64,000 nucleotides of DNA from Escherichia phage vB_EcoM_CRP22: sequence record OQ708377.1; one strand, given 5' to 3'. The notes under the pieces were generated by a model. That model saw only the letters and a program-made list of their open reading frames with translations. It had not been told where the DNA came from and made no database searches. Within the stretch, counting starts at the first letter, position 1, and each line of letters opens with the position of its first letter. Shown piece by piece: positions 55,367 to 64,000 of the stretch. A program made the position numbers and the translations under genes.

Positions 55367-55822
55367 ATGACCCCGAAACAGGGGGTCTTTACTTGGATTA
55401 AGAAGTCTGCTAAGCACACAAAAATTGGTTCTGTTGCAGGTACAAACTTAAGGGGATACATCAGAATCTATTTGTTTGGTAAGGGTTATTATGCACATAC
55501 ACTGGCTGTTCTGTATATGGATGGTTACCTCCCTGAGTGTGTTGACCATAAAAATCATGTAACCCTAGATAATCGCTGGATAAATCTTAGGGCATGTACG
55601 TTATCAGAGAACCAATGTAATAGGTTACTCAATAAGAATAATAAATCAGGTGTTAAAGGTGTGTACTACAAAAAACAGTATGGTAAGTGGTCTACACAGA
55701 TAACTTTTAAGAAGAGAGTTTACTTCTTCGGCAACTATGACACGATTGCTGAAGCAGCAGAGGTTGTAAATAGGGAACGTCAACGGTTACACAGAGAGTT
55801 TGCTAATAAAGGTGATGAATGA
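55367..55822 (+). CDS. HNH homing endonuclease with AP2-like domain
   Basis: 151 aa; VDHKNHVTLDNRWINLR HNH motif and SGVKGVYYKKQYGKWSTQITFKKRVYFFGNYDTIAEAA AP2-like region; paralog of 45202..45735. Confidence 0.75.
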   Translation: MTPKQGVFTWIKKSAKHTKIGSVAGTNLRGYIRIYLFGKGYYAHTLAVLYMDGYLPECVDHKNHVTLDNRWINLRACTLSENQCNRLLNKNNKSGVKGVYYKKQYGKWSTQITFKKRVYFFGNYDTIAEAAEVVNRERQRLHREFANKGDE

Positions 55823-56319
55823 GAAAAATAAAAGGTTTTGGCAATTGCCCTGAATATGGACATTGGACTTCACTATGTGGTGAGGTTGACCCAGCAAAGC
55901 ACTTTGGTTTTGTCTACCTAGTGTACTGCAAAAAGACTGGACAGTACTATTTGGGTAAAAAACAGCTTAATAGCGTGACCAAAAGAAAAGTTGCTGGTAA
56001 GACTCGGAAGAAGGTAGTCACTAAGGAGAGTGATTGGATGACTTATGAGACTTCTTCTGAGTATATTAAAAAAGATATTGAGAGCTTTGGAAAAGAATTT
56101 TTTGACTTTTACATTATTCAGACCTACTACACAAAAGGTGGCCTAGTCTATGGTGAAGCAAACCTTCAACATAAATTCGATGTAATGACAAAAAGGATTG
56201 ACTCGAAGCTCAGACTCTTCTACAATGCCAATATTGCAGCAATTAAGTTTATCACTAAAGAAACTTATGAAGATGCTGAAAAAAGAATCCATAAGGTAAT
56301 GAAAGCAAATCGTGCTTGA
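55819..56319 (+). CDS. hypothetical protein, possible GIY-YIG-like nuclease
   Basis: 166 aa; FVYLVYCKKTGQYYLGKK loosely resembles a GIY-(10-11)-YIG spacing; weak. Confidence 0.3.
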   Translation: MRKIKGFGNCPEYGHWTSLCGEVDPAKHFGFVYLVYCKKTGQYYLGKKQLNSVTKRKVAGKTRKKVVTKESDWMTYETSSEYIKKDIESFGKEFFDFYIIQTYYTKGGLVYGEANLQHKFDVMTKRIDSKLRLFYNANIAAIKFITKETYEDAEKRIHKVMKANRA

Positions 56320-56325
56320 TAACTA

Positions 56326-56589
56326 TTGAGAGAGAATAAAATGTTTAACAAAAGTAAAGCTGTGAGTCATGTAGCAAAAGTTGACAGCAAGATTGAAGAA
56401 CTTGAGCGCATCCTTGCAAATGCTAGAGAGTCAATAATTAAAGAAGTTGAAGCTGTTGAATCTCAAATGCAGCACCTAATGCTTAAACGCCAAGAGCTAC
56501 GTGAGCATCTTGAATATATTGAAACACGAGAGCTAAAGGTTAACAAATATTTTAAGGAGTACGAATGTTTAACTCAAGAGAATCAGTAA
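56326..56589 (+). CDS. hypothetical coiled-coil protein
   Basis: 87-aa ORF. Confidence 0.4.
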   Translation: MRENKMFNKSKAVSHVAKVDSKIEELERILANARESIIKEVEAVESQMQHLMLKRQELREHLEYIETRELKVNKYFKEYECLTQENQ

Positions 56590-57320
56590 AAAACTGGAAC
56601 CTTCGTTGTGGAAACACTCAAAAGCAACCTTACAGTGATGAGTATTGGGAATCTTTAAAATCTCAATCTCTGTGTATGCTTGAAGAGGCAAAAGAGCTTG
56701 TAAAAGCAATTGAAGAGAAAGACCCCATTGAGACACTGGATGCTCAGGCAGATTTACAATATGTTCTTGACGGTTTGATTTACCTGTCACAACATGACCA
56801 TAACGGTGCTATGGAAGCTGTTTGCCATAATAATGACCTGAAGTACACAGATGACTATGAAGAAGCTTTAAAACGTCTTGCAGATATTGAGAAGCGCACT
56901 GGTCAAGATTGTATTGTCAGAATGTCAGTGGTTGATGGCAAAGAATGGTATGCAATTGTTCGTGCAGCCGATGGGAAGATTATGAAGCAATCAAATCTTC
57001 CTAAAGTGCAGCTTGGTGAATACATTGTAGAACTTGAAAGCCAAGAACTTTTTGTGGTAGTATCTGAGACATGCGTTATCTGCAAAGGTCTTGTAGGTAG
57101 CTTAAAGGATTTGGGTGTAGATGGTTTTGTAGAAGTTAATCCAATTACCTCTAAGGCAGATAAAGACTTCTGTAAAGAGAATGGACTATGGATTGCAGAT
57201 ATTGTCTACTATGATGGTGAGCAGTTCCATGTAACCTCATACCCGAAACTGAATTATGATGCTAATAACCTGAAGTGCTGGTTAAAAGGGGTTGGTTATA
57301 ATGGATTCACAGAACATTAA
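56565..57320 (+). CDS. hypothetical protein, possible MazG-like pyrophosphohydrolase domain
   Basis: 251 aa; LEEAKELVKAIEEK...DAQADLQYVLDGL has the ExxE...ExxD spacing seen in MazG/HisE-type enzymes; weak. Confidence 0.3.
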   Translation: MFNSRESVKNWNLRCGNTQKQPYSDEYWESLKSQSLCMLEEAKELVKAIEEKDPIETLDAQADLQYVLDGLIYLSQHDHNGAMEAVCHNNDLKYTDDYEEALKRLADIEKRTGQDCIVRMSVVDGKEWYAIVRAADGKIMKQSNLPKVQLGEYIVELESQELFVVVSETCVICKGLVGSLKDLGVDGFVEVNPITSKADKDFCKENGLWIADIVYYDGEQFHVTSYPKLNYDANNLKCWLKGVGYNGFTEH

Positions 57321-57624
57321 TAAAGAAGGTGTGGCTCAGAAGAGCCACTTCTCAAACTACAATATTTCTATGACGGTGTTTATGAATGACCCGTTACTTG
57401 AGAAGTATGGTGAGACTCCAGATACACTTCTGGATAATGAACAAGTTTTAAAAGCAGTTCTGTACAAATACGGGATTGATATTGAGAAAGAGTATTCTTT
57501 TGAAATCTGTCAACACAGGAATACTTTTGGTAAAGTTGTAATGGCTCCACTCTTCATGGGTGTAGAAAGAACTGACTATGGTTGGTTATATCTAAAAAGA
57601 AACTTGGAGAAATACCGTGTCTAA
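57292..57624 (+). CDS. hypothetical protein
   Basis: 110-aa ORF. Confidence 0.4.
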   Translation: MVIMDSQNINKEGVAQKSHFSNYNISMTVFMNDPLLEKYGETPDTLLDNEQVLKAVLYKYGIDIEKEYSFEICQHRNTFGKVVMAPLFMGVERTDYGWLYLKRNLEKYRV

Positions 57625-57955
57625 AGCAAAAAAGTTATCTTATGATGACATTATCTCAGGTGCTAAGTTAGGTGTTGATAGTATCGGACAAGACGTTAAG
57701 CACGGAGACACAGTTATGTACTGTGATGACCGAAGAGGGAGAAGTGCAATCTTGTTTGGAAGAATTGTTTGCAATATGCGAGGCAATTACGTTGTTGCAG
57801 ACATGGATGTGAACGTTACACAAAAACTTGAAACACTTATGGATGATAATCCATCATCATGGTTCTCCCTGAACTGTATGCACACTTCATCAGTCACAAA
57901 AGTAAGTGATAAGTTTTACGATATGTGGCAGAATGAGCAAATTTTCAAGATTTAA
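57617..57955 (+). CDS. hypothetical protein
   Basis: 112-aa ORF followed by terminator. Confidence 0.4.
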   Translation: MSKAKKLSYDDIISGAKLGVDSIGQDVKHGDTVMYCDDRRGRSAILFGRIVCNMRGNYVVADMDVNVTQKLETLMDDNPSSWFSLNCMHTSSVTKVSDKFYDMWQNEQIFKI

Positions 57956-57958
57956 ACT

Positions 57959-57984
57959 AGGGAGCCTCTTCGGGGGCTCTTTTC
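57959..57984 (+). terminator. Rho-independent terminator
   Basis: gggagcc-tcttc-gggggctc followed by TTTT. Confidence 0.65.
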
Positions 57985-58000
57985 ATCTGTAGGATTCAAA

Positions 58001-60235
58001 ATGATTAAGACAATTAAAAAATCAAACGGTACAGTAGTAAGCTTTGACCCAGAAAGACTGAATAAGTGGGCATCATGGGCAGATAAACGTGGAATTATCT
58101 GGTCAGAAGTCACTATGGAAGCTATGAAACGTGTCTATGAAGGTTGCACTACAAAAGAGATGCACCAAGCCATGATTGATGTTTGTGTTGATAAGCAAAC
58201 TCAAGAGTACTCAGATATGGCTGGACGGCTACTTCTGGGAATTATCTACAAAGAATCCTTTGGAGGCTTTACTAAGGTTCCTACGCTGGTTACCTTCGTT
58301 AAAAATATGGAGAGAGCAGGACTTTGGGAGAAGATGGACTATTCACAGGAAGAGCTTGAATACCTGCAAGGGTACATTGTGCACTCAAAAGATATCTCTT
58401 ACGGTTATGCAGTACTGAAACAGTTTAGAGACAAGTATGGTATCCGTGATATTAAAACGGGAAGACTTTTTGAGTCACCACAGTTTATGTTTATGGGTAT
58501 GGCTATGAAAGCCTTCGAGAAGCAACCAAAGCACCGTAGACTGCAAGATGTTATCAAGCTGTACACTTACCTATCTGACCTGAAGATTAATGCTCCTACG
58601 CCTTATCTGAATGGTTTAAGAGCTACTAAATCAGGTTATGCGTCATGCTGTTTGATTAAGGCAAATGATACTGCTGAATCTCTAGGTATTGCTGCAAAGG
58701 TTGCTTATGATATGACTACAAAGCAAGCTGGTATTGGGATGCTGATGGAGACTCGCACTATTGGTGATGGTATCCGTCAAAATACTATTGAGCATATGGG
58801 TAAACTACCTTATTACAAGCTTGTACGTTCATCTGTAGAGGCAAACAAACAAAAGAGCCGTGGTGGTTCAGCTAACAACTTCTACACCGCTCTAGACCCG
58901 CAGATTGAAGATTTACTGCGTTTGAAGCACCCTACAACGGTTCCTTCGAAACGTATTAACGAGATGGACTACTCATTTGGTACAAATGATTATTTCTGGC
59001 AGTGTGTTCAATATGATACAGACTGGTTGCTATTCTCTTACAAGGATGCACCAAAGCTCTATGACATGTTCTACACAGCATCTGCTGATGAGTTTGCTAT
59101 GGCAGTTGGTCACGCAGTGCATTCAGGTGTTAAGCACAGACGAGTAAAGGCTCGTGAAATTGCTAAACTGTTTATCCAGCAGCGTTATGCAACAGGCCGT
59201 GTGTACCCATTCTTCACAAATAATGCAAACACACATACACCATTTAAAGAGCCTTTGAAGATGTCAAATCTTTGTATGGAAATTGTGTTGCCAGTGTACG
59301 GTTTTGAGAAAGAGACAGACCTTTACAGAGATGATGCTGTGAAAGAGGATGGTGAGGTAGCTCTTTGCTTCCTAGCTAGTTTGGTTGCAGGGAGAATTTC
59401 AGAAGATGAATACGCTGACGTTGCTTATTATGCTCTTGCAATGGTTGACTCCGTTATTGACCTTATGGATTATCCGTATCCGTCGATGTGTAACCATGTT
59501 CAGAAGCGTCGTTCTGTTGGGATTGGCCTTACAAATGTGGCTCATTACCTTGCAAAAAACTACGTGAACTACTCTTCAAGAGCAGGTAAGACGAAGCTTC
59601 ATGAGCTTGCTGAAATGCACTCTTACTACTTACACGAAGCTTCTTTAAGACTTGCTAAAGAACGTGGTGTACCTGAGTATATGCAGTTCACTAAGTATCC
59701 TGAAGGTTGGGTTCCTCCGAAGACAGCTAACAGGAAGATTGATGAGAAGCATGATGCAAAACTTCGTTATGATTGGGATGACTTAGCACAACGTATTAAA
59801 GAAAATGGTGGAATCCGCAACTCTGTATTAGAAGCTTACATGCCTAATGAGAGTTCTTCACTGGCAACTAATACGACAAACGGCTTGTACCCAATTCGTG
59901 ACTTTATTTTAACTAAAAAGTCTGCAACTGGTAACGTACTGTTTATTGTTCCAGATTACGAAGAGTTGAAGTATGTCTATGAAATTGCTTGGGATATTGA
60001 CACCTTTGACCTAATTGATTGCTATGCAATTGTTCAAAAGTTCACTGGTCAAGCTATCTCTTCAGATTTCTATGTTGACTACGCAAAAGCTAAGAAGGTA
60101 TCATTGGCTCAAGCTTTGAAGTACATGATTTATGCCAACTCAGTAGGTATGAAAACCATGTACTACCTTAACAGTCGCATCGGTGTAGGTAAATCTGCAC
60201 TGCAAGATGCTTATTGCGAGGGTTGTGGTGTTTAG
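58001..60235 (+). CDS. nrdA: ribonucleoside-diphosphate reductase large subunit (class I, NrdA)
   Basis: 744 aa; N-terminal ATP-cone-like region, C-terminal tail ending CEGCGV with Cys pair; followed by nrdB. Confidence 0.9.
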   Translation: MIKTIKKSNGTVVSFDPERLNKWASWADKRGIIWSEVTMEAMKRVYEGCTTKEMHQAMIDVCVDKQTQEYSDMAGRLLLGIIYKESFGGFTKVPTLVTFVKNMERAGLWEKMDYSQEELEYLQGYIVHSKDISYGYAVLKQFRDKYGIRDIKTGRLFESPQFMFMGMAMKAFEKQPKHRRLQDVIKLYTYLSDLKINAPTPYLNGLRATKSGYASCCLIKANDTAESLGIAAKVAYDMTTKQAGIGMLMETRTIGDGIRQNTIEHMGKLPYYKLVRSSVEANKQKSRGGSANNFYTALDPQIEDLLRLKHPTTVPSKRINEMDYSFGTNDYFWQCVQYDTDWLLFSYKDAPKLYDMFYTASADEFAMAVGHAVHSGVKHRRVKAREIAKLFIQQRYATGRVYPFFTNNANTHTPFKEPLKMSNLCMEIVLPVYGFEKETDLYRDDAVKEDGEVALCFLASLVAGRISEDEYADVAYYALAMVDSVIDLMDYPYPSMCNHVQKRRSVGIGLTNVAHYLAKNYVNYSSRAGKTKLHELAEMHSYYLHEASLRLAKERGVPEYMQFTKYPEGWVPPKTANRKIDEKHDAKLRYDWDDLAQRIKENGGIRNSVLEAYMPNESSSLATNTTNGLYPIRDFILTKKSATGNVLFIVPDYEELKYVYEIAWDIDTFDLIDCYAIVQKFTGQAISSDFYVDYAKAKKVSLAQALKYMIYANSVGMKTMYYLNSRIGVGKSALQDAYCEGCGV

Positions 60236-60290
60236 TTTTAATAACTATGAGGGTCGTAAAAGACCCTCTAAAATTAACTTTGGAGAGACC

Positions 60291-60548
60291 ATGAAAGATT
60301 TAATAGAAAAACATGAGCGACCTATATACTTGCTCCACAAGCCTCGGAAAACGATGTACTATGTGAGTAGCACAGATATGATGATAAAACAAAAGGATGA
60401 CTCATGGGTTGCTGGTATCTCTTACATCTCTACAGCAGATGGTAAAATCTACGCAAGACCTTATGAGATGTTCAACAAAGAAAATTGGGAAGTTTTAGAC
60501 AGAAAACAAGCCTTAGAAATGATAAAGAAAGGAGAAATCACGCTATGA
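60291..60548 (+). CDS. hypothetical small protein between nrdA and nrdB
   Basis: 85 aa from internal ATG after GGAGAG; overlaps nrdB start by ATGA. Confidence 0.35.
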   Translation: MKDLIEKHERPIYLLHKPRKTMYYVSSTDMMIKQKDDSWVAGISYISTADGKIYARPYEMFNKENWEVLDRKQALEMIKKGEITL

Positions 60549-61618
60549 TTAACCAGCACCCAATCTTTTTAGGTGGTGAGAGAAAAACTTTTGACTCACT
60601 TAATAAACACTACCCAAAAATCTTTGAGCTTTATAAACAACAAAAAGCACAAGATTGGTCAGAAGATGAGTTCCCTTTTGAACAATCACGTCTTGATTTT
60701 GAGAGTGTTCCAGCATCAATGTCAGGTGTAATGCTTGAGATTCTTAAGTGGCAGTGGGAAGCAGATACTCAAGTTGCTAAGAGCTTGGCATTTGCCTTTG
60801 CACCCTTTATCTCTGATGATATCTATGCAACTGCAATTATGAAGCAGTCTGAGATTGAAAACCTACATGCTCTTACTTACTCAGAGATTGTAAGGCAATG
60901 TATTAAAAACCCTGAAACAATCTTAGATGAGATTAACCAGAATGTTGCTGTACAAGACCGATTAAAAACTGTGAATCGTGTTCTTGAAGAATTGCTGGAT
61001 GAAGGTATAAACTACCGACTGAGTTATGTCCGTGACTCACTTCTGGACAAAGACCCTTTACACTTCCATAAAGTGATTCTAAAAGGTCTATTTGCAGTGA
61101 CTGCACTTGAAGGTATTTCTTTTATGGCATCCTTTGCATGTACTTTTGCACTTGATGCTCAAGATAAATTTCAAGGTATTGCTCAAGCTGTCCAGAAAAT
61201 TATGCTTGACGAAATCCTTCACACTAAAATTGATATTGAAGTTTTAAAAGAAACTTTAAGAGATGATGAGTGGCAAAAAGCTTTCCAACAAATTCTTCCA
61301 GAGATTAAAGTAATCTTAGATGAAGTAGTTGAAAGTGAAGAGAAATGGTCGTATTATATCTTCTCCGAAGGACGTGCTGTAGTTGGGTTAAATACAAAGC
61401 TTCTTCATGAGTGGGTTTACTATAATGCTGCCCCACTGTATGATATGTTTGGCATTCCCAGAGATTTTGTAGCTCCTAAAGAACCACCTTTGAAGTACAT
61501 GATTAAGAAGATGGAAATTGATAAAGAGCAGAATGCTAATCAGGAGCAACAGAACGGTGCGTACCTGTTGAATACTGTTGTAGATGATTTGAATAGTGGA
61601 TTTTTAGAGGTTCCTTAA
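60545..61618 (+). CDS. nrdB: ribonucleoside-diphosphate reductase small subunit (NrdB)
   Basis: 357 aa from ATG (MINQHP); ferritin-like di-iron fold residues (EILHT, LEGISFMASFA). Confidence 0.85.
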   Translation: MINQHPIFLGGERKTFDSLNKHYPKIFELYKQQKAQDWSEDEFPFEQSRLDFESVPASMSGVMLEILKWQWEADTQVAKSLAFAFAPFISDDIYATAIMKQSEIENLHALTYSEIVRQCIKNPETILDEINQNVAVQDRLKTVNRVLEELLDEGINYRLSYVRDSLLDKDPLHFHKVILKGLFAVTALEGISFMASFACTFALDAQDKFQGIAQAVQKIMLDEILHTKIDIEVLKETLRDDEWQKAFQQILPEIKVILDEVVESEEKWSYYIFSEGRAVVGLNTKLLHEWVYYNAAPLYDMFGIPRDFVAPKEPPLKYMIKKMEIDKEQNANQEQQNGAYLLNTVVDDLNSGFLEVP

Positions 61619-61860
61619 TGACTTATGTAATTTACTCCAAAACTGGATGCCCTCAATGTGAGACTGCAAAGAATTTTGCAAAAGCTCGTGGTATTGACCA
61701 TGTTGTGAGAATGTTGGGGCAGGATTATGAACTGTCAGACCTGATTGATATTGCACAGATGCCAGTTCGTCAGATGCCATTCATCATGAAAACTGATGGT
61801 CAAAATCTAAAACCTGTTGGAATGCTACAGAATTTCATGGCAGAGGTGAATAATGCTTAA
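61618..61860 (+). CDS. glutaredoxin-like redoxin
   Basis: 80 aa; active site CPQC near N-terminus (KTGCPQCETAK), thioredoxin-fold size. Confidence 0.8.
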   Translation: MTYVIYSKTGCPQCETAKNFAKARGIDHVVRMLGQDYELSDLIDIAQMPVRQMPFIMKTDGQNLKPVGMLQNFMAEVNNA

Positions 61861-62059
61861 ACGCCTTTGGGAAGGCTTGGTTGTTGATGCACCAGCTATT
61901 GTGATTGGTATGCTTATTGTTAACCTATTTACTGACTTTGAACAAGGTTCATTGTTTGGAGCCATGTTACTATGGGTTATCTTCGAAATATTAGAGATAC
62001 AGCTAGGTATCACTGAAAAACTAAGAGAACTCTTTGCGAAGTTTTCTAAAAAGATTTAA
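61853..62059 (+). CDS. hypothetical small membrane protein
   Basis: 68 aa with hydrophobic segments. Confidence 0.3.
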   Translation: MLKRLWEGLVVDAPAIVIGMLIVNLFTDFEQGSLFGAMLLWVIFEILEIQLGITEKLRELFAKFSKKI

Positions 62060-62066
62060 AATGAAA

Positions 62067-62088
62067 GGGTCTCTTCGGAGACCTTTTT
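62067..62088 (+). terminator. Rho-independent terminator
   Basis: gggtctc-ttcg-gagacc followed by TTTTT. Confidence 0.65.
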
Positions 62089-62107
62089 AGCATGTAAAGG
62101 GGCAATA

Positions 62108-63304
62108 ATGAACAAAGTACAGATTATTAAAAAGAATGGCTCACTCGAAGAACCTGATATCAAAAAAGTTTTAGCAGCAGTCACAAAGTCAGCTAACAGG
62201 GTTGGATATAAAGAACTCCCACCAGATGTTACCCAAGCTCTTGAGTCAGCATTTATGAGGATTCTGGTAAAATCTACTAAACAGAATAATTTGCTAATTT
62301 CTGTAAATGATATTCACAGTATTGTTGAGGGTGCTTTGGCAGAAGTCAATCACGAGATTTATGAGTCTTACTCAACATATAGAAATTACCGTAAAGAAGT
62401 TGCTCAAAATTGGGATGAGCTTTACCAGAAGACCAAAGACACACTCTTCTTAGGTGACAGAGAGAATGCTAACTTTGATAGCAGTTTAATTTCTACAAAA
62501 GGTTCAATTATTCGTGGTTATCTGACTAAAGAAATCTTTAAACAGTACCACTTAACACCAGAGGAACTTGAAGCCATTGAAAAAGGGTTTATCTACATCC
62601 ATGACTTAAGAGACCTAATTTTTGGTGGTATCAACTGTTGCCTGTTCGACATTGGTAAAGTCCTGAAAGGTGGCTTTGAAATGTCCGGCATCGAATATTG
62701 TGAACCAAAGTCTGTGCTGTCGGCATTACAGGTTATTGGTGACGTAGTTCTTTCAGCAACTGCACAGCAATTTGGTGGATTTACTTTAGCAGAGATTGAT
62801 AAGGTACTTGTACCGTATGCTAAGAAGTCTCTACGCTATCATGCTGAGAAAGCAGCATCTTATGGTATTCCTAAAGAGCATTACCACAATTATGTCATGG
62901 AGCAGCTACAGATTGAGCTAACTCAAGGTTTCCAGTCACTTGAAATGAAACTAAATACTGTACCTTGTAGTCGTGGGGATTTTGCATTCACAACTTTGAC
63001 ATTCGGGTTACTTGACTCAGATATGTCCAATGAAGATAACCGACTGCAATATATAATTGCAAGTACTCTCCTAGATGTTCGTATGAATGGACAAGGTAAG
63101 AGCAAAAAGCCTGTTGTATTCCCTAAACTGGTTTATATTTATGACCAGAAGAGACATAATGAGAATATCTGTCAAGGACACCTGTACAGTAAAGCCATTG
63201 AGTGTTGCTCTAAAGCAATGTATCCAGATTTCTTAAGTGTATCTGGTCATGGTGCTGTAGCAGAGGCTTTTGAGCGTTCTGGCAAGGTAATTTCACCGAT
63301 GGGT
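62108..63304 (+). CDS. nrdD: anaerobic ribonucleoside-triphosphate reductase (NrdD), exon 1 only
   Basis: ATP-cone N-terminus; IHDLRDLIFGGINCCLFDIGKVLKGGFE and ...SPMG align with T4 NrdD as I recall it, where the protein continues CRSFLS; here the frame stops right after PMG at an intron-like sequence. Confidence 0.8.
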
Positions 63305-64000
63305 TAACAAGCTCTATAGCTCATCTAAAACGTGCCTAAACAGGGAAACTCTACAGGTGTAGACAATCCTGTGCTAAATGATGTACGATGTAAGAAACTA
63401 TATAAATAGGAGTATTACATGCCAAATTATCATGTTACTGAGGACGGAAGAGTCTTTAGGAAAAATGGTGTAGAACTTACGCAGTGGAAATCCAACACTG
63501 GTTATATGAAAGTAAGGTTTTATGGAAGGAAGAATCGTGACATGTATGTCCATAGGTTAGTTGCTGAAAAGTATGTACCTAACCCTAACAATCTTCCAAT
63601 TGTAAAACACAAAGATGATAACAAACTGAACAACCATGCTTCTAACTTAGAATGGGGAACTCATTCTGAGAATGTTAAAGAGGGTTATGAAAACGGTTGC
63701 TACAAGTTTTGTAAGCGTTCATATGCTGTGAAGGCTACACACAAAGTGACAAAAGAAGTTATTGTTGCTAAGTCAATACGAGAGTTATCCAACATACTCG
63801 GATATAATCGCAAGACTATCTCTTCAATATTGAAGGGTGTAAAAGAGCATAATAACTTTGAACATGAATTTGAGTACATTTAAATGCCGAACGACTAACC
63901 GTGATGAATGTAGCGGTGTAGGGTCAAGCGACTCGAAATGGTACGCTACTTAGAAATAAGTAGAAGATATAGTCTGGACTTACTGGTGACAGTAAGCAGC
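63305..64000 (+). mobile_element. Group I self-splicing intron in nrdD carrying an HNH endonuclease ORF; extends beyond window end
   Basis: 5' part ctaaacagggaaactctacaggtgtagacaatcctgtgctaaat closely resembles the T4 td intron core as recalled (CUAAACGGGGAACCUCU...UAGACAAUCCCGUGCUAAAU); 3' part has gggtcaagcgactcgaaa and atagtctgg; no downstream exon within window. Confidence 0.7.
63419..63883 (+). CDS. intron-encoded HNH homing endonuclease
   Basis: 154 aa; YVHRLVAEKYVPNP...VKHKDDNKLNNHASNLEWGTHSEN HNH motif; ATG after AGGAG; lies inside the intron. Confidence 0.75.
   Translation: MPNYHVTEDGRVFRKNGVELTQWKSNTGYMKVRFYGRKNRDMYVHRLVAEKYVPNPNNLPIVKHKDDNKLNNHASNLEWGTHSENVKEGYENGCYKFCKRSYAVKATHKVTKEVIVAKSIRELSNILGYNRKTISSILKGVKEHNNFEHEFEYI

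Overview
This window reads as part of a tailed dsDNA bacteriophage genome (contractile-tail type), AT-rich by eye, with four blocks. (1) 1-7750: a ~1.1 kb non-coding array of short YTGTTAR repeats, then a minus-strand cluster of small unknown genes that includes a GH24 endolysin. (2) 7980-15250: a vWA-domain protein followed by a dense array of about 27 tRNA or tRNA-like genes, interrupted by two HNH endonuclease genes, one unknown CDS and several structured non-coding spacers. (3) 15470-39230: a plus-strand morphogenesis module (large terminase, portal, S49 prohead protease, decoration and lambda-E-like major capsid proteins, sheath, tube, tape measure, baseplate, two His-rich tail fibres). 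(4) 39260-64000: nucleotide metabolism and replication genes on both strands (thymidylate synthase, DHFR, ATP-dependent ligase, family-A DNA polymerase, dNMP kinase, primase-helicase, class I RNR NrdA/NrdB, glutaredoxin-like protein, and nrdD interrupted by a group I intron carrying an HNH endonuclease). The most unusual signal is in the tRNA array: a circularly permuted tRNA-like module enclosed by a conserved stem, one of four CAGAAGACC...GGTCTGG hairpins, lying about 1.5 kb downstream of the vWA protein. I interpret this as a possible Ro60-like protein plus Y-RNA-like ncRNA pair, but that is inference. All coordinates were hand-counted and may be off by a few nucleotides; tRNA anticodons were parsed by eye.
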